Origin: Bdellovibrionales bacterium
GTDB taxonomy: Bacteria; Bdellovibrionota; Bdellovibrionia; Bdellovibrionales; Bdellovibrionaceae
Reading direction: 5' to 3'
Length of the DNA: 64,000 bases
NCBI GenBank assembly: GCA_031370005.1
Contig: JANMPT010000092.1
Coordinates: 1-64,000, forward strand
The translations under genes were made by a program, and so were the position numbers. The notes beneath the pieces were generated by a model that saw nothing but the letters and a program-made list of their open reading frames with translations, made no database searches and was not told the DNA's origin. This document shows positions 50,218 to 63,031 of this stretch, one piece after another (position 1 is the stretch's first letter; every line of letters begins with the position of its first letter).

Positions 50218-51633
50218 CTAAATGTCATAGTACAAATGGAACTCATAAGGAACCGGACGCTGCTGAACTGGGCGGATCTCACGATCAATTTTGTAGTTGA
50301 TCCATGTTTCTAGTAAATCATCGCTGAAAACATCACCTTTTTTCAAGAATCCACTGTTGTTTTTTAAATTCTTCAGACTTTCCTCCAGTGTTCCTGGGAC
50401 CGAAGGAATTCCCGCCGCCTCTTGAGGAGAAAGACCGTAAATATCTTTATCCAAAGGTTCGCCTGGATGAATTTTATTGATGATACCATCAAGGCCTGCC
50501 ATCAAGACTGCGGCCTGCGCCAAATAAATATTCGCTGAAGGATCGGGAGTACGAAACTCAATACGTTTTGCTTTTGGGTTTGGACCAGAATTTGGAATAC
50601 GCATTGCTGCGGATCTGTTTTTAAAGCTATAGGCCAATTTTGTCGGAGCCTCGAATCCTGGAACTAAGCGCTTGTAAGAGTTTGTTGTTGGATTGATGAT
50701 GCCGCACAAAGCGGGGGCATGTTTCAAAACTCCGCCAATATAGAATAAGGCTAACTCAGAAAGACCAGCGTACTTATTTCCTGCAAAAAGATTTTTGCCA
50801 CCCTTCCACAAGGACATATGAATGTGCATTCCAGAGCCATTGTCGTTAAAGAGCGGCTTTGGCATAAAGGTCGCTGTTTTGTTATGACGACGAGCCACGT
50901 TTTTAACGATGTATTTGAACCACATCATTTTATCGCCCATCTCGAGGGCTGCATCATAGCGGAAATTTATCTCAGCTTGTCCGGCTGTTGCTACTTCATG
51001 GTGGTGGCGCTCAACGATCATGCCGGCTCTTTCCAGCTCTAAGCACATTTCTGTGCGTATATCCTGCTGAGAATCCGTTGGCAGAGCTGGGAAGTAGCCT
51101 TCTTTATGGCGAATTTTATAACCAAGATTTTTCCCACCCTCATCGCGGCCAGAGTTCCAAGCGGCCTCATCACTATCAATCATGTAAAAACCAGAGTTAT
51201 TAGTTTGCTCAAAGCGAACATCATCGAAAATAAAGAACTCAGCCTCTGGTCCAAAAAAAGCCGTATCTGCAATTCCCGTCGACTGCATAAATGCAACCGC
51301 TTTTTTAACGACATGTCGAGGATCGCGATCATATGGTTGCAAAGTCTCAGGCATGCAGACATCACAGATCAAAGATAGAGTGGGAACTTGCATAAATGGG
51401 TCCATTTTTGCTGTTGATGGATCTGGCAAAATAATCATGTCAGACTCCTCGATACCTCTCCATCCGCGGATTGAGCTTCCGTCAAAACCTAAGCCCTGCT
51501 CAAATATTTCCTCGCTAAGTTCTGTATAGGGGATCGTGATGTGCTGCCAGGCGCCAATCAAATCACAGAACTTAAGGTCGACCATTCGGGCGCCCTTATC
51601 TTTACCAAATTGTAGTGCTTGCTGAGCGTTCAT
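50218..51633 (-). CDS. glnA: glutamine synthetase type I
   Basis: [49 protein letters not shown] adenylylation site. Confidence 0.98.
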   Translation of the reverse strand: MNAQQALQFGKDKGARMVDLKFCDLIGAWQHITIPYTELSEEIFEQGLGFDGSSIRGWRGIEESDMIILPDPSTAKMDPFMQVPTLSLICDVCMPETLQPYDRDPRHVVKKAVAFMQSTGIADTAFFGPEAEFFIFDDVRFEQTNNSGFYMIDSDEAAWNSGRDEGGKNLGYKIRHKEGYFPALPTDSQQDIRTEMCLELERAGMIVERHHHEVATAGQAEINFRYDAALEMGDKMMWFKYIVKNVARRHNKTATFMPKPLFNDNGSGMHIHMSLWKGGKNLFAGNKYAGLSELALFYIGGVLKHAPALCGIINPTTNSYKRLVPGFEAPTKLAYSFKNRSAAMRIPNSGPNPKAKRIEFRTPDPSANIYLAQAAVLMAGLDGIINKIHPGEPLDKDIYGLSPQEAAGIPSVPGTLEESLKNLKNNSGFLKKGDVFSDDLLETWINYKIDREIRPVQQRPVPYEFHLYYDI

Positions 51634-51651
51634 ATGTCTCCTTACATGAGG

Positions 51652-51996
<345 letters not shown>

Positions 51997-52201
51997 TCAA
52001 GTTCTTAGAAAGATAGCAAATTTAGCTTTTTAGTCAAAGAACGGATTGTTAACGCAAGACAAAATAACTCGAATAAATATATGCGAATGTTCCAAAAATA
52101 TTTCAAAATCAAATTCTGACACTTGCGAGGCCCTCCTGCGTCTGCTACACATTCAAATTCATTCAAAAAGCTAATTGTTGTCGCAATTTCGGGGGGGATT
52201 C

Positions 52202-52801
52202 ATGACTACAACGCGTTTTTTTGTCTTTGGTTCATTGTGCGAGGGTATGGTTCATTTCTCTAAGATTCAGAATTTTATCGAATCTTCAGTTCCTGCTCAA
52301 ATCCGTGCAACTGCCTATAGGCTTAAAGTCGGTTTTCCAGCAATGATTAAATCCGGAACAGATCTTGTCCCCGGACAGTTAGTTGAACTCAAATCCTCAG
52401 GTCTTTTAATTAGTCTCTTGGATGAGTTTTTTGGCTATAACGCGATGGATACAGCAAAAAGCCTTTACCATCGTCAAGAAAGCATTGTTAGTACTGCTGA
52501 CGGTGGACTTGAGAAGGCCTGGGCCTATTTTTTAAATCCACTTAAATTACCTGTGAATGCAATACCAATCCATGGCGGAGATTGGCTAAGGTCACTTGAA
52601 GAGCAGCCTGCATTGACTCAGAAGTTGTCTGATAAACAAAAGGCATATATCGCAAAGTTGGGCAGTACTTCAGGCCGTGATATTGTTCCCATCGACCTGC
52701 AGCTTTACAGAGAGCTCATGAACTTAGAGTTAATTGTGGACAAGGGCCGAAGACTTGCATTATCAAAGCTCGGCCATGAAGTTTTCAGACATCTTGCTTA
52801 A
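52202..52801 (+). CDS. gamma-glutamylcyclotransferase (AIG2-like) family protein with C-terminal extension
   Basis: FFVFGSL N-terminal motif, GFPAM, LDEF.G, AWAY, GGDW. Confidence 0.75.
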   Translation: MTTTRFFVFGSLCEGMVHFSKIQNFIESSVPAQIRATAYRLKVGFPAMIKSGTDLVPGQLVELKSSGLLISLLDEFFGYNAMDTAKSLYHRQESIVSTADGGLEKAWAYFLNPLKLPVNAIPIHGGDWLRSLEEQPALTQKLSDKQKAYIAKLGSTSGRDIVPIDLQLYRELMNLELIVDKGRRLALSKLGHEVFRHLA

Positions 52802-53273
52802 GCAGAGTTTTAAAGTTGTTCTAATTGAGCCCGAGATCCCGCAAAACACTGGGAATATCGGGCGCACATGCGTTGCTACAAACTGCGAGCTTCACGTCGT
52901 CGGGAAACTAGGCTTCGAAATCAATGACAAAAATTTAAAGAGGGCGGGGTTAGATTACTGGCAGCATTTGAGCTTTCATCGTCATGAGACTTTTGAGGAC
53001 TGGCTTGGGCACGTCAAAGACACTTCGCGCCTCTGGTTGTTTACGACGAAAACGAAGTATTCATATTTCGAACCAAAATATCAACCGGGGGATTGGTTCG
53101 TTTTTGGCAAGGAGACGAAGGGTCTTGCCCCGGATTTTTTGGCGAAATTCCCAAAGCAAACAGTGACGGTACCAATGATTGGTGAAGGGGCCCGTAGCTT
53201 GAATCTTGCAACCTGTGTCGCGGTTGCCGCGTATGAAGGGGTTCGTCAGTTGATTTTAACAGAGTCTAATTAA
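52776..53273 (+). CDS. trmL: tRNA (cytidine/uridine-34 2'-O)-methyltransferase
   Basis: EPEIPQNTGNIGRTC, RAGLDYW, FGKETKGL, RSLNLA. Confidence 0.94.
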   Translation: MKFSDILLKQSFKVVLIEPEIPQNTGNIGRTCVATNCELHVVGKLGFEINDKNLKRAGLDYWQHLSFHRHETFEDWLGHVKDTSRLWLFTTKTKYSYFEPKYQPGDWFVFGKETKGLAPDFLAKFPKQTVTVPMIGEGARSLNLATCVAVAAYEGVRQLILTESN

Positions 53274-53658
53274 AAACAATCGCCTTGCCAATTGGGGCTA
53301 TTGAAATCCCTGCAAGCTTTAAATGCTGAACGGCGAACGGAATACCAATGATAGTTACGGCGAAAAGAAGGGCCCAGCCCAGGTGAATTAGCGCGAGCCA
53401 CCATCCGCAGAAGATGAACCAAAGAATATTTCCGATAAAACCAAAAATCCCCGTGCCTATATCAGGACTACTTAGATGCTTGCGAACCATAACTTCGGAG
53501 CCAAAGGGCCACAAATTTAATAAACCAATATTAAAGGCTGCGCGAGCCCAAGGGATTCCGACAATTGAAATCACCATGAAAATTGCGGAGGCAAACCATG
53601 ATAGTGCTGTTGTCCAGCCGCCAAAAAAAAGCCATAACAAATTCAAGATAATGTTCAT
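53266..53658 (-). CDS. yccF: YccF family inner-membrane protein
   Basis: Duplicated NLLWLFFGGW / NILWFIFCGW and IVGIPW / IIGIPFA. Confidence 0.9.
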   Translation of the reverse strand: MNIILNLLWLFFGGWTTALSWFASAIFMVISIVGIPWARAAFNIGLLNLWPFGSEVMVRKHLSSPDIGTGIFGFIGNILWFIFCGWWLALIHLGWALLFAVTIIGIPFAVQHLKLAGISIAPIGKAIVFN

Positions 53659-53834
53659 TGCAAAATCCTCACATGCTCGGAATGAAAAACCAAACTTAAT
53701 TAATAGACTTAAAAACTTAAAATGCCTAAACTTAAGTACTCCTGGCTAAAAGTCTGACTTAACACATCTCGCCAGGGCGAAAAAATGCCCTGTATTCTTG
53801 CAGTTAATACACTTTGGGACTACTCTCATTGACT

Positions 53835-56483
53835 ATGGTAAATGAAATTCTACGCAAAATATTCGGTACGAAGCATGATCGTGAAATGAAAAGAATTCGT
53901 CCCATCGTGGACAAAATTAATTCATATGAGCCCGAAATGCAGGCTCTCACTGATGATCAACTCAAAGCAAAAACTCCAGAGTTTCAACAACGTTTGAAAA
54001 AAGGCGAAACGGTTAGTGATATTTTGCCGGAGGCTTTCGCTGTTTGCCGTGAAGCCTCAAAGCGTGTTCTTGGTATGCGCCACTATGATGTTCAAATGAT
54101 CGGTGGTATTGTGTTGAATCGTGGTGCTATTTCTGAGATGCGAACAGGTGAGGGCAAAACGCTTGTTGCAACTTTACCGGTTTATCTAAATGCTCTCACT
54201 GGCAAAGGCGTCCACGTCGTAACTGTGAATGACTATTTGGCCCGTCGTGATGCGGAGTGGATGGGTCGCATTTATGGATGGTTGGGTTTAACTACTGGGA
54301 TCATTGCCCACGGCTTATCCGACCAACAACGTAAAGAGATGTATCGTTGTGATATCACTTATTGTACAAATAACGAACTCGGCTTTGATTACCTTCGCGA
54401 CAATATGAAGTTTGACCTTGAAGATTACGTTCAACGCGAACTTCACTACGCGATCGTGGATGAGTGCGATTCCATTTTAATCGATGAGGCCCGCACACCA
54501 TTGATTATCTCAGGCCCTGCTGAGGCCTCAACTGATAAATATGTTATGATTGATAAGATCATCCCTTCATTGAAGCGTGATATGCACTTTACTATGGAGG
54601 AAAAATCTAAAACCGCCTCTTTGACGGATGAGGGAAATGCAAAAGTTGAAGAGCTTCTCGGCTTAGAAAATCTTTATGATCCTCGGAATATCGATATACT
54701 TCACCACGTTTATCAAGCCTTGAAGGCCCACTACCTTTATCGTTTGGATGTGGAGTATATGATCAAAGATGGTGAAATTGTCATTGTTGATGAGTTCACA
54801 GGTCGTTTGATGCCTGGACGTCGTTGGAGTGATGGCCTGCACCAGGCGATTGAGGCTAAAGAAGGCGTTGAGGTGAAAAACGAGAACCAAACGCTCGCGA
54901 CAATTACCTTTCAAAACTACTTTCGTATGTACGAAAAAATTGCTGGAATGACTGGAACTGCAGACACTGAGGCAACGGAGTTTAAGAAAATCTATAATCT
55001 CGATGTTTCTGTCATTCCAACCAATAAACCAATTTTGCGTCTTGACCAAGAGGATGTAGTTTACAAATCTGAAGCTGCGAAATTTAAAGCGATTGCTGTT
55101 GATGTGAGTGAGCGTACGGCAAAAGGACAGCCAATCTTGGTCGGTACCGTGAGCATCGAGAAATCAGAAGCCCTTAGCAAAGCTTTGAAGCGTGAAGGTA
55201 TTCGCCATGACGTTTTAAATGCAAAGGCCCATGAGCGAGAAGCAGAAATCGTGGCGCAGGCAGGGCGCAAAGGGGCCGTTACTATTGCAACAAATATGGC
55301 GGGTCGAGGTACTGATATCGTGCTTGGTGGTAATGCCGAGGTGATGGCGAAAAAACTGGTAGAAGACGAGGCCTCTCCGGAATACCAAGAGGCCTACGCA
55401 AAATTTAAAAAACAATTTGATGAAGAACGGCAGGCCGTTGTGGTCGCCGGCGGACTATATATTATAGGTACTGAACGGCACGAGTCTCGCCGTATTGACA
55501 ATCAATTGCGTGGACGGTCAGGACGTCAGGGGGACCCTGGAGAGTCTAGATTTTATCTGTCACTTGAAGATACTTTAATGCGTATTTTTAATGGCGAGCG
55601 TATCCAGAAAATTATGGGAATGCTGAACATCCCAGAGGACGAGCCAATCACTGCTAAAATGGTAACCAATGCCATAGAAGGTGCTCAGCGTAAGGTTGAG
55701 GGGCATCAGTTCGATATTCGCAAGCACTTGATTGATTATGATGATGTGATGAATAAGCAAAGGACTGTGATTTACCGCATGCGCCGCCAAGTTCTTGAGG
55801 GCAATGATGTGGAAAGAACAATTCTTGATTTTTTGGGCGAAGTGACCTCAGGTATTTTAGATACCCACGTTCCAGAAATGGGCAAAAAAGAAGATTGGAA
55901 TATCGACGGTCTGAATACTGCTTTGTCACAACAATTTGGCATTCGTTTAGATCTCGAATCGCTGGCGAATAACTCTGAAGCAATTACCGAAGCGGTGAGT
56001 AAGGCTGTGAAGGAAACTTTTGATCGGCAGAAAGTTTCTATGGGGGCGTTTTTTGCGCAAGTTCAAAAAATGGTCCTTTTGCAATCCATTGATAATCACT
56101 GGAAAGAGCATTTACAGGTCATCGACAAGCTTAAAGAGGGCATCAATTTACGCGGCTACGCGGCTAAGGATCCTCTAATTGAATACAAAAAAGAAGCTTT
56201 CGAGACCTTTGAACATCTTAATCGTATTATTAAAAACGATGTCATCGAGAAATTGATGAAGGTGCAATTGGTGGCACAAGAGCCTGGCGCAGAAGAGGCA
56301 CTTGAGGGCTTAAGGCCTGAAGGCGTTGGCTTGAGTGAGCTTGATTACCAGGCGCCAAGCGACTCAAACATTGGTATGATGGAGGTTTCTGCTCCGGAAA
56401 GACAAAAAATGTCTTTCCGACAAACCCCCGATGAGGATCAAAAAATGAATCGGGCGGACCGCCGTAAAAACAGAAAAAGATAG
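53835..56483 (+). CDS. secA: preprotein translocase ATPase SecA
   Basis: [44 protein letters not shown]. Confidence 0.98.
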   Translation: MVNEILRKIFGTKHDREMKRIRPIVDKINSYEPEMQALTDDQLKAKTPEFQQRLKKGETVSDILPEAFAVCREASKRVLGMRHYDVQMIGGIVLNRGAISEMRTGEGKTLVATLPVYLNALTGKGVHVVTVNDYLARRDAEWMGRIYGWLGLTTGIIAHGLSDQQRKEMYRCDITYCTNNELGFDYLRDNMKFDLEDYVQRELHYAIVDECDSILIDEARTPLIISGPAEASTDKYVMIDKIIPSLKRDMHFTMEEKSKTASLTDEGNAKVEELLGLENLYDPRNIDILHHVYQALKAHYLYRLDVEYMIKDGEIVIVDEFTGRLMPGRRWSDGLHQAIEAKEGVEVKNENQTLATITFQNYFRMYEKIAGMTGTADTEATEFKKIYNLDVSVIPTNKPILRLDQEDVVYKSEAAKFKAIAVDVSERTAKGQPILVGTVSIEKSEALSKALKREGIRHDVLNAKAHEREAEIVAQAGRKGAVTIATNMAGRGTDIVLGGNAEVMAKKLVEDEASPEYQEAYAKFKKQFDEERQAVVVAGGLYIIGTERHESRRIDNQLRGRSGRQGDPGESRFYLSLEDTLMRIFNGERIQKIMGMLNIPEDEPITAKMVTNAIEGAQRKVEGHQFDIRKHLIDYDDVMNKQRTVIYRMRRQVLEGNDVERTILDFLGEVTSGILDTHVPEMGKKEDWNIDGLNTALSQQFGIRLDLESLANNSEAITEAVSKAVKETFDRQKVSMGAFFAQVQKMVLLQSIDNHWKEHLQVIDKLKEGINLRGYAAKDPLIEYKKEAFETFEHLNRIIKNDVIEKLMKVQLVAQEPGAEEALEGLRPEGVGLSELDYQAPSDSNIGMMEVSAPERQKMSFRQTPDEDQKMNRADRRKNRKR

Positions 56484-56510
56484 CCTTCTAAAATAAAGGG
56501 AGTTGTCGTT

Positions 56511-57065
56511 TTGACCATTTGCCCGACTTGTCACTCTGAGACAGAGGTCGACCCACAAAACTACGGGACTTTATTTACATGTCCAAAATGTAGCGCCGTC
56601 TTCTTTATTGACTGGGCAGGTCTGCCGGAAGTCGCGAGTGATGAGCTTGTAGTAGAAACTTCTGATGAGATTGTAGCTGTCCAAGCCTCCGCAGAGGAAG
56701 AGTTTCCAAACCTTGATACGCAGTACGGACAAAATGCTTTGCCAGCGATGACAGAGGCAAGAAGTGACTCCTCTGATCTTTCCGATATTGCTGATTTTGG
56801 CAACGCAGACCTGGGGCAAGTGGCCTTTAGTTATACTATGATTATTTCAGGCATTGATTCAGGTGGAATTCGTTTAGAAGTTCAAGAGGCACTTTTGGAC
56901 TCTAAATTTGGCTGGAATGTGACCCAACTTATGGCCCAGATAAAAGACGGGGTTTTGACAATTCAATCTATGAGTGCGGTGAAAGCCAGTATACTGATGC
57001 AAAGAGTGAAGTATCTCCCGGTAAAAATAAGTTGGAGGCAGGATGTTCTCTCGAGCAGCACTTAA
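56511..57065 (+). CDS. zinc-ribbon domain protein
   Basis: CPTC...CPKC N-terminus, acidic linker, C-terminal domain. Confidence 0.75.
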   Translation: MTICPTCHSETEVDPQNYGTLFTCPKCSAVFFIDWAGLPEVASDELVVETSDEIVAVQASAEEEFPNLDTQYGQNALPAMTEARSDSSDLSDIADFGNADLGQVAFSYTMIISGIDSGGIRLEVQEALLDSKFGWNVTQLMAQIKDGVLTIQSMSAVKASILMQRVKYLPVKISWRQDVLSSST

Positions 57066-57657
57066 GGTTTTTGTAGCTATTTTAGTTCTTGGATTGGTTC
57101 ATGGAGTTACCGCCTTCGCGAGTGAGCCCAAAAAAGAAGGAAAAAATGAAGAAGTCGGTAGCGCTGAGGCCGGCCCTGAGAGTGACGTATCGGAGTCTCA
57201 AAAAAAGCAAATGAGTGAGGCCATGGAGCTTCAGGGAAAGGTTCAGGCGCTTCTGGCCAGAGTGAAGTCAAAAGAGGAGGCCATAAATAAACTGATCGAG
57301 CTAAAGAACCAAACCAATGATGCGGCAAAAGTGAAGGAGATCATCGCTGAGATGGTAGCTGAGCACAAAGAGATGAGCAAAATGATCGAGGAATATGAAC
57401 AAAATCGCAGCCTTCTTCGCTATCGCTATCCAGAAAAAGGCTACTCTGGAACTCGTAACTATGAACGCATGGATGTGAAGCCACTAGATCAAATGGAAAA
57501 TCGTATGAGTGTTGAGGTAAAGCTTAAACGCAACTTAAAAACACTGCGCTCTCAATATGGCGAATCCGCCGAGGCAAAGGCCTCTAAAAAGAAAAAAGCT
57601 CTGAAAAAAGAAACAGATGCCCCATCCCTAACTGAGCCCATTGTCCTTCAAAAATAA
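57043..57657 (+). CDS. secreted coiled-coil protein
   Basis: Signal peptide ending AFA; heptad-rich body. Confidence 0.7.
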   Translation: MFSRAALKVFVAILVLGLVHGVTAFASEPKKEGKNEEVGSAEAGPESDVSESQKKQMSEAMELQGKVQALLARVKSKEEAINKLIELKNQTNDAAKVKEIIAEMVAEHKEMSKMIEEYEQNRSLLRYRYPEKGYSGTRNYERMDVKPLDQMENRMSVEVKLKRNLKTLRSQYGESAEAKASKKKKALKKETDAPSLTEPIVLQK

Positions 57658-57677
57658 GTCTATGCAGCGAATTTGTT

Positions 57678-58118
57678 TTACTGAACAGGTTTAAAATTAG
57701 GGACATAGCGTACTCCATCGGTGCCATGAACCTCACTTTCATAGGTTGAGTAGGCCGCAGGAGTCTCCTGAAATCTACGCAAAGCCTCGTCTTCGAGGAC
57801 CTTATTAGAGGCTTCATTGTTGGCATCCGCCTGGGCTGCGCTAACCTCTGGCTGCCAAGGATCTCCGACATAGACGGCATTGCCTTCAAAAAATTGAACT
57901 TCTTTTTCCTGGCGAAGCTTGTCGTCATAAAAAACATAGGTCCAGCGGTCTTTTCCGTGAAAGCGTTGCGTGCGCTGAGGGCTGCCCATGACCTCTAGGA
58001 CATCGTCTTTTTCCATTCCCGGTCGAAGTTTTCGATACTCGTCAAACATTTTGGTCTGACAGGCTGAAAGCATAAGGCTACCGATAAGCATTGTGAAAGC
58101 TAAAATAAAGCGCAACAT
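57678..58118 (-). CDS. bamE: outer membrane protein assembly factor BamE-like lipoprotein
   Basis: Lipobox LSAC; LRPGMEKDDVLEVMGSP...WTY. Confidence 0.8.
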   Translation of the reverse strand: MLRFILAFTMLIGSLMLSACQTKMFDEYRKLRPGMEKDDVLEVMGSPQRTQRFHGKDRWTYVFYDDKLRQEKEVQFFEGNAVYVGDPWQPEVSAAQADANNEASNKVLEDEALRRFQETPAAYSTYESEVHGTDGVRYVPNFKPVQ

Positions 58119-58366
58119 TTGGCACCTCACCCCTTCAGTTCATTTTCACTGTATTTTCTAAAAAATGGAATGGAAGTCTCTTTTTGAGACAGGCCTTTTT
58201 AAAAAATGCCTAAATATGAGGCGGGCAGGGCAATTATACAATGCAATAAGATGTCGAAAGCACTGGCATAAATTCTTGCGGGTACTTTCGTTTCACGCTA
58301 CAAATCAGTGATACAAATGTGAAAATTAATTGATTATAAAATCATCCCCCTGGGGAGCGTTGTCCT

Positions 58367-58909
58367 ATGTCTGATTCTAATTCTAGAGAAGAGTATAACC
58401 GAGGAGGCATGAATGCCTTCATTTTTTCAATGGTGTTCGTTGCCCTGTTTTTTATTTACATCATTGCGATTCATCCAGGTGTAGACCTTGGTGAAAAGGT
58501 AGTTGATCCAACGGCAGTTGTCGCCGGCTCGGAAGCCCCTGTCTTCGATATTACGACGATAAAAGAGCCCTGGGTTAAAAATGATCAGGTGATTGCGTAC
58601 GGGAAAAAACTTTTTGCCACGAACTGCGCTATGTGCCATGGCAATGAGGGTAAAGGAGACGGTGCCGCCGGTGCAGGTCTGAATCCAAAACCACGCAATA
58701 TGGTCGAAGGAAAATGGACTCAGGGTGGTGGGGACATAGCTCACTTTAGGGTTCTCACCAATGGCATCCCCGGTTCGTCCATGGCCTCATTTGCGCACTT
58801 TAAAGTAGCTGATCGCTGGGCTCTGGTACAATTCGTAGAGTCAATAACTCAAAATAAATCCACTGACACGCCCGAACAGGTCGCTGAATTCGCGAAAACA
58901 GCGAAATAG
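58367..58909 (+). CDS. membrane-anchored cytochrome c
   Basis: TM helix; CAMCH heme motif; GDG...PKPRN; SMASF. Confidence 0.9.
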   Translation: MSDSNSREEYNRGGMNAFIFSMVFVALFFIYIIAIHPGVDLGEKVVDPTAVVAGSEAPVFDITTIKEPWVKNDQVIAYGKKLFATNCAMCHGNEGKGDGAAGAGLNPKPRNMVEGKWTQGGGDIAHFRVLTNGIPGSSMASFAHFKVADRWALVQFVESITQNKSTDTPEQVAEFAKTAK

Positions 58910-58917
58910 GAAGCATC

Positions 58918-59802
58918 ATGAAGCTAGGTTTAAGGTGTTTGCAAATAAAAATCCTAGCAGTTGCAGTCGCATCTATTTTGCTGCTTTTGTCCGCGCCACA
59001 AACCCATGCCTATGAGCCGAAACTAGCGGAACTTACCGCAAATGAAACAGCTAAAGGGCTTGAGGGCGTTGGTATTGAAGAAAAGCTTGGCAATAATATA
59101 GATTTGAATCTTAGCTTTAAAGATGAAACCGGCGAGACGGTAACTTTGGCTAAATATATTGACGGAAGTCACACGCCAGTCATTATTAGCCCAGTCTATT
59201 ACTCTTGCCCGGGGCTTTGTAACTTTCATTTAAATGGTTTGACTGAGGCGTTAAAATTAATGGACTGGAATGTCGGCGACAAATTTAAAGTTGTTGCGAT
59301 TAGTTTTGATGCCAAAGAGAAGCCTGATGTGGCCATGAAGAAAAAGACATCCTACATGAAAGTCTATGATCGTCCGGGAACGGAAAAGGGTTGGAGTTTT
59401 CTAACTGGAGACGAGGAAAATATTAAGGCCTTCACTTCCGCAGTGGGTTTTAAATTTAAGTGGAATGCCGACATCAAAGAGTGGGCCCATGCTTCTGCGG
59501 CCATTGTTGTAACGCCTGACGGAAAAATCTCTCGTTATTTGCCGGGGATCGTGTTTGATCCTAAAGACATAAAGCTTGCTTTAAATGAAGCTTCAAATGG
59601 TAAAATCGGAACCTTTGTAGATTCGCTGGTTCTGTACTGTTTTCAATACAACCCACACCAGAGTAAATATACTTTGTATGCTTTTAGTATTATGAAGTTG
59701 GGCGGTGCCTTGATGGTTCTGGTGTTGGGCTTATGGTTACTGCCAGTTTTTATTCGTTCACGTAGAGCAGAAAAAAAATGGCGAGGAGTTGAGGGTCAAT
59801 GA
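58918..59802 (+). CDS. SCO family copper chaperone
   Basis: YYSCPGLC CxxxC, WAH, C-terminal TM. Confidence 0.9.
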   Translation: MKLGLRCLQIKILAVAVASILLLLSAPQTHAYEPKLAELTANETAKGLEGVGIEEKLGNNIDLNLSFKDETGETVTLAKYIDGSHTPVIISPVYYSCPGLCNFHLNGLTEALKLMDWNVGDKFKVVAISFDAKEKPDVAMKKKTSYMKVYDRPGTEKGWSFLTGDEENIKAFTSAVGFKFKWNADIKEWAHASAAIVVTPDGKISRYLPGIVFDPKDIKLALNEASNGKIGTFVDSLVLYCFQYNPHQSKYTLYAFSIMKLGGALMVLVLGLWLLPVFIRSRRAEKKWRGVEGQ

Positions 59803-60755
59803 TGTGGTTTAATTTTGCTCAGGCACAATCCTTTATGCCGACTGAGGGTACGAAGATTGCGACCCAGGTCGACAATCTCTATGAATTCCTTTTGGTGGTG
59901 AGTCTTATTTCGTGTGTCATCCTTATTGGGGGGATGGTTTTTTTCGTTTGGAAATACCGACGTAAAACGAATAATGATAAGACGGCTTACATTACTCACA
60001 ATACTTTCTTGGAGTTCCTGTGGTCTTTTATTCCGCTTGTAATTTTCTTGGGGGTTTTTGCTTGGGGTTGGCTCCTCTATCATGACATGAGAACCATGCC
60101 AAAAGATGCATTGGAAGTGAATGTTTTTGCTAAACAGTGGGCTTGGGAATTTGAATACAAGTCTGGCGTGAAAACAGGTAACTTCTTTGTTGTTCCTGTG
60201 AACAAAGATGTGAAGCTCATCATGGCTTCGAATGATGTCATCCACAGTTTTTATATTCCGAGCTTTCGAATTAAGCAGGACGTTGTTCCTGGTCGCTACT
60301 CGGCCCTGTGGTTCAATGCGAATAAACTGGGCGAGTTCCATGTGTTCTGCGCAGAGTATTGCGGAACTCAACACTCTGGAATGCTGGCGACGCTTAAAGT
60401 TGTTCCCCAGGCAGAGTACGAAGCTTGGCTCGAAGAGGAGTCTAAGGTAGGAACCTTGCCTTTGGCAAAACGAGGCGAAAAGCTTTTTGCTGTGAAGGCT
60501 TGCGCATCTTGCCACTCTGTTGCCGATGCCTCCACAAAAGTAGGCCCGTCTCTTTGGAAAAAATATGGGACAAAAGAACATATCGAGGGCATGAGCGATG
60601 TGGACGTAGATGAAAATTATGTCCGCGAATCCATCTTGAGTCCAAATGCCAAGATTGTGAAAGGCTTCCCAAAAGGGGTTATGCCTACTTTCCAGGGCCA
60701 ATTAAATGAAACGGAACTTAACGCACTTATCGAATACATTAAGACTTTGAAATAA
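59799..60755 (+). CDS. coxB: cytochrome c oxidase subunit II with fused cytochrome c (caa3-type)
   Basis: [18 protein letters not shown]uA site; C-terminal CASCH. Confidence 0.95.
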   Translation: MMWFNFAQAQSFMPTEGTKIATQVDNLYEFLLVVSLISCVILIGGMVFFVWKYRRKTNNDKTAYITHNTFLEFLWSFIPLVIFLGVFAWGWLLYHDMRTMPKDALEVNVFAKQWAWEFEYKSGVKTGNFFVVPVNKDVKLIMASNDVIHSFYIPSFRIKQDVVPGRYSALWFNANKLGEFHVFCAEYCGTQHSGMLATLKVVPQAEYEAWLEEESKVGTLPLAKRGEKLFAVKACASCHSVADASTKVGPSLWKKYGTKEHIEGMSDVDVDENYVRESILSPNAKIVKGFPKGVMPTFQGQLNETELNALIEYIKTLK

Positions 60756-60766
60756 AGGAGGGCATA

Positions 60767-62368
60767 ATGGCAACAGCTGCGGCCCACGGTCATGGTAGTG
60801 ATAAAAATTATTTAAACGAGTCTAGCGGCCTGTGGTCTTGGCTAACAACCCTAGATCATAAACGCATCGGCATTATGTACTTCGTCACGGTCCTGACCTT
60901 CTTCCTAATAGGCGGAGTCATGGCCATTTTAATTCGCTTAGAGCTTATGTCTCCGGGCCAAACGATCATGACAGCGGATACCTACAATCAAGTGATGACC
61001 TATCATGGAACCATCATGGTCTTCATGGTGATTATTCCAGGGATTCCCGCAATTCTGGGGAACTTCTTCCTGCCACTACATATTGGGGCCAAAGATGTGG
61101 CCTTTCCAAAGCTGAATCTTTTATCTTGGTATTTTTTGATGGCAGGAGCGCTTTTGGCCTTCTCGACTTTGCTCACTCACAAGGTCGACACTGGTTGGAC
61201 TTTTTATACTCCTTACTCTATCAAAACGGGGACCTCGGCGACAACGATGGTGCTTGCGGCCTTCATTATGGGAATGTCTTCAATCCTAACAGGCTTGAAT
61301 TTCATTGCGACAGTCCATAAGCTTCGTGCTCCAGGGATGACAATGTATCGTATCCCACTATTTGTATGGGCGATTTACTCAACAGCAATTTTGCAGGTTT
61401 TGGCAACTCCAGTTTTGGCGATTACGCTTTTGCTTCTTTCTGTTGAAAGAGTATTTGGAGTTGGTATTTTTGACCCAGCCTTGGGTGGAGACCCAGTCTT
61501 GTTTCAGCATTTTTTCTGGTTCTATTCCCACCCCGCAGTTTACATCATGATTCTACCTGCAATGGGAATCGTTAGTGAATTAATCACAACCTTCTCGCGC
61601 AAAGTGATTTTCGGCTACACTGCAATTGCATACTCTTCGCTGGGTATTGCTGGTGTATCATTTTTTGTTTGGGGACATCACATGTTTGTCTCTGGCCAGT
61701 CTGAAACGGCGGGAATTGTCTTTTCATTCATTACCATGCTTGTCGGGGTACCTACTGCAATCAAAATGTTCAATTGGATTGCGACGATGTATAAGGGCTC
61801 TATTCAGATGCAGTCTCCGATGTTATTTGCGCTAGGATTTCTGTTTTTATTTGCTATTGGCGGCGTGACCGGAATTATGCTTGCTGTGATTCCTCTGGAC
61901 GTGCATTTCCACGATACTTACTTTGTGGTAGCCCACTTTCACTATGTGATGGTAGGTGGAACATTGATGGCGATTATGGGCGGTTTTTATTACTGGTTCC
62001 CAAAAATGTTCGGAAAGATGTACAACGAGATCACGGCACGCTTGTCCTTTGTTTTTATTTTTATTGGTTTCAATGTGACCTTCTTCCCTCAGTTTATTTT
62101 GGGCTCAATGGGTATGCCACGACGCTATTTTGATTACATTCCCGCATATCACTCTTTGAATGCTATCTCGACCGTCGGGTCATGGTTAATTACGGTTGGA
62201 TTTTTGATTGCATTATATACAATCATCAACGGTTTAACAAAAGGTGAGAAGGCGCCAATGAATCCATGGGGAGCCAAAACTCTCGAGTGGACGACGTCTT
62301 CGCCTCCTCCACATTTTAACTTTGATGTAGAGCCAGTTATTACTGGGGGGCCATATGAGTACAGATAG
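60767..62368 (+). CDS. coxA: cytochrome c oxidase subunit I (A2 type)
   Basis: [38 protein letters not shown]. Confidence 0.97.
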   Translation: MATAAAHGHGSDKNYLNESSGLWSWLTTLDHKRIGIMYFVTVLTFFLIGGVMAILIRLELMSPGQTIMTADTYNQVMTYHGTIMVFMVIIPGIPAILGNFFLPLHIGAKDVAFPKLNLLSWYFLMAGALLAFSTLLTHKVDTGWTFYTPYSIKTGTSATTMVLAAFIMGMSSILTGLNFIATVHKLRAPGMTMYRIPLFVWAIYSTAILQVLATPVLAITLLLLSVERVFGVGIFDPALGGDPVLFQHFFWFYSHPAVYIMILPAMGIVSELITTFSRKVIFGYTAIAYSSLGIAGVSFFVWGHHMFVSGQSETAGIVFSFITMLVGVPTAIKMFNWIATMYKGSIQMQSPMLFALGFLFLFAIGGVTGIMLAVIPLDVHFHDTYFVVAHFHYVMVGGTLMAIMGGFYYWFPKMFGKMYNEITARLSFVFIFIGFNVTFFPQFILGSMGMPRRYFDYIPAYHSLNAISTVGSWLITVGFLIALYTIINGLTKGEKAPMNPWGAKTLEWTTSSPPPHFNFDVEPVITGGPYEYR

Positions 62369-63020
62369 TCATTCAGCGAAGGGACATGAGCATCATTTTG
62401 CTCACCACTTTAGAAGTGCAGAGCACGAATATCAGACAAGCAAAGAAGGCATTTGGTTGTTCATGGCGACCGAGATTCTTATGTTCGGTGGATTATTTGT
62501 TGGGTACTCGATTTTCCACAACATCTATCCTGAGATGTTTGCTGAAGGTGCAAAATATCTTGATTGGAAAATGGGATTTTTGAACACGCTTGTTCTGATT
62601 TTTTCTTCTTTGACCATGGCCCTAGGAATTTTCTTTTTGCAGAAGAACCAGCCGAAAAGAGCAGCAGTGTCTCTGGCGGTTACTATTTTGTGTGGCGCAA
62701 TCTTCATGGTTGTTAAGTACTTTGAGTACACTCATAAGTTTCATTTAGGTATTTTGCCTGGGAGGTTCTTGGATGTCACTAAAGTCGGAGCACACCATGC
62801 GAATTTAGGAATGTACTTTGGTTTCTATTACTGTATGACGGGCCTACACGGAATCCATGTTCTTTTGGGCATGGGGCTTATCTCGTGGTTACTTTTCAGA
62901 ACTCTACGCGGCGACTTCAACTCGAATTACTACACGGCAGTTGAGGGTGTTGGAATTTTTTGGCACATCGTTGATTTGATTTGGATCTTTCTATTTCCAT
63001 TACTTTATTTGGTCGGCTAG
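62355..63020 (+). CDS. coxC: cytochrome c oxidase subunit III
   Basis: [36 protein letters not shown]. Confidence 0.94.
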   Translation: MSTDSHSAKGHEHHFAHHFRSAEHEYQTSKEGIWLFMATEILMFGGLFVGYSIFHNIYPEMFAEGAKYLDWKMGFLNTLVLIFSSLTMALGIFFLQKNQPKRAAVSLAVTILCGAIFMVVKYFEYTHKFHLGILPGRFLDVTKVGAHHANLGMYFGFYYCMTGLHGIHVLLGMGLISWLLFRTLRGDFNSNYYTAVEGVGIFWHIVDLIWIFLFPLLYLVG

Positions 63021-63031
63021 AGGAGGATACT

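Noticed and set aside
58264..58346. sigma54-like TGGCA...TTGC and FNR-like TTGAT...ATCA upstream of the oxidase operon
   Set aside because: Wrong spacing: GG-N11-GC instead of N10, and half-sites separated by 6 rather than 4 nt.
59796..60701. 301-aa minus-strand ORF
   Set aside because: Antisense shadow of coxB with no recognisable motifs.
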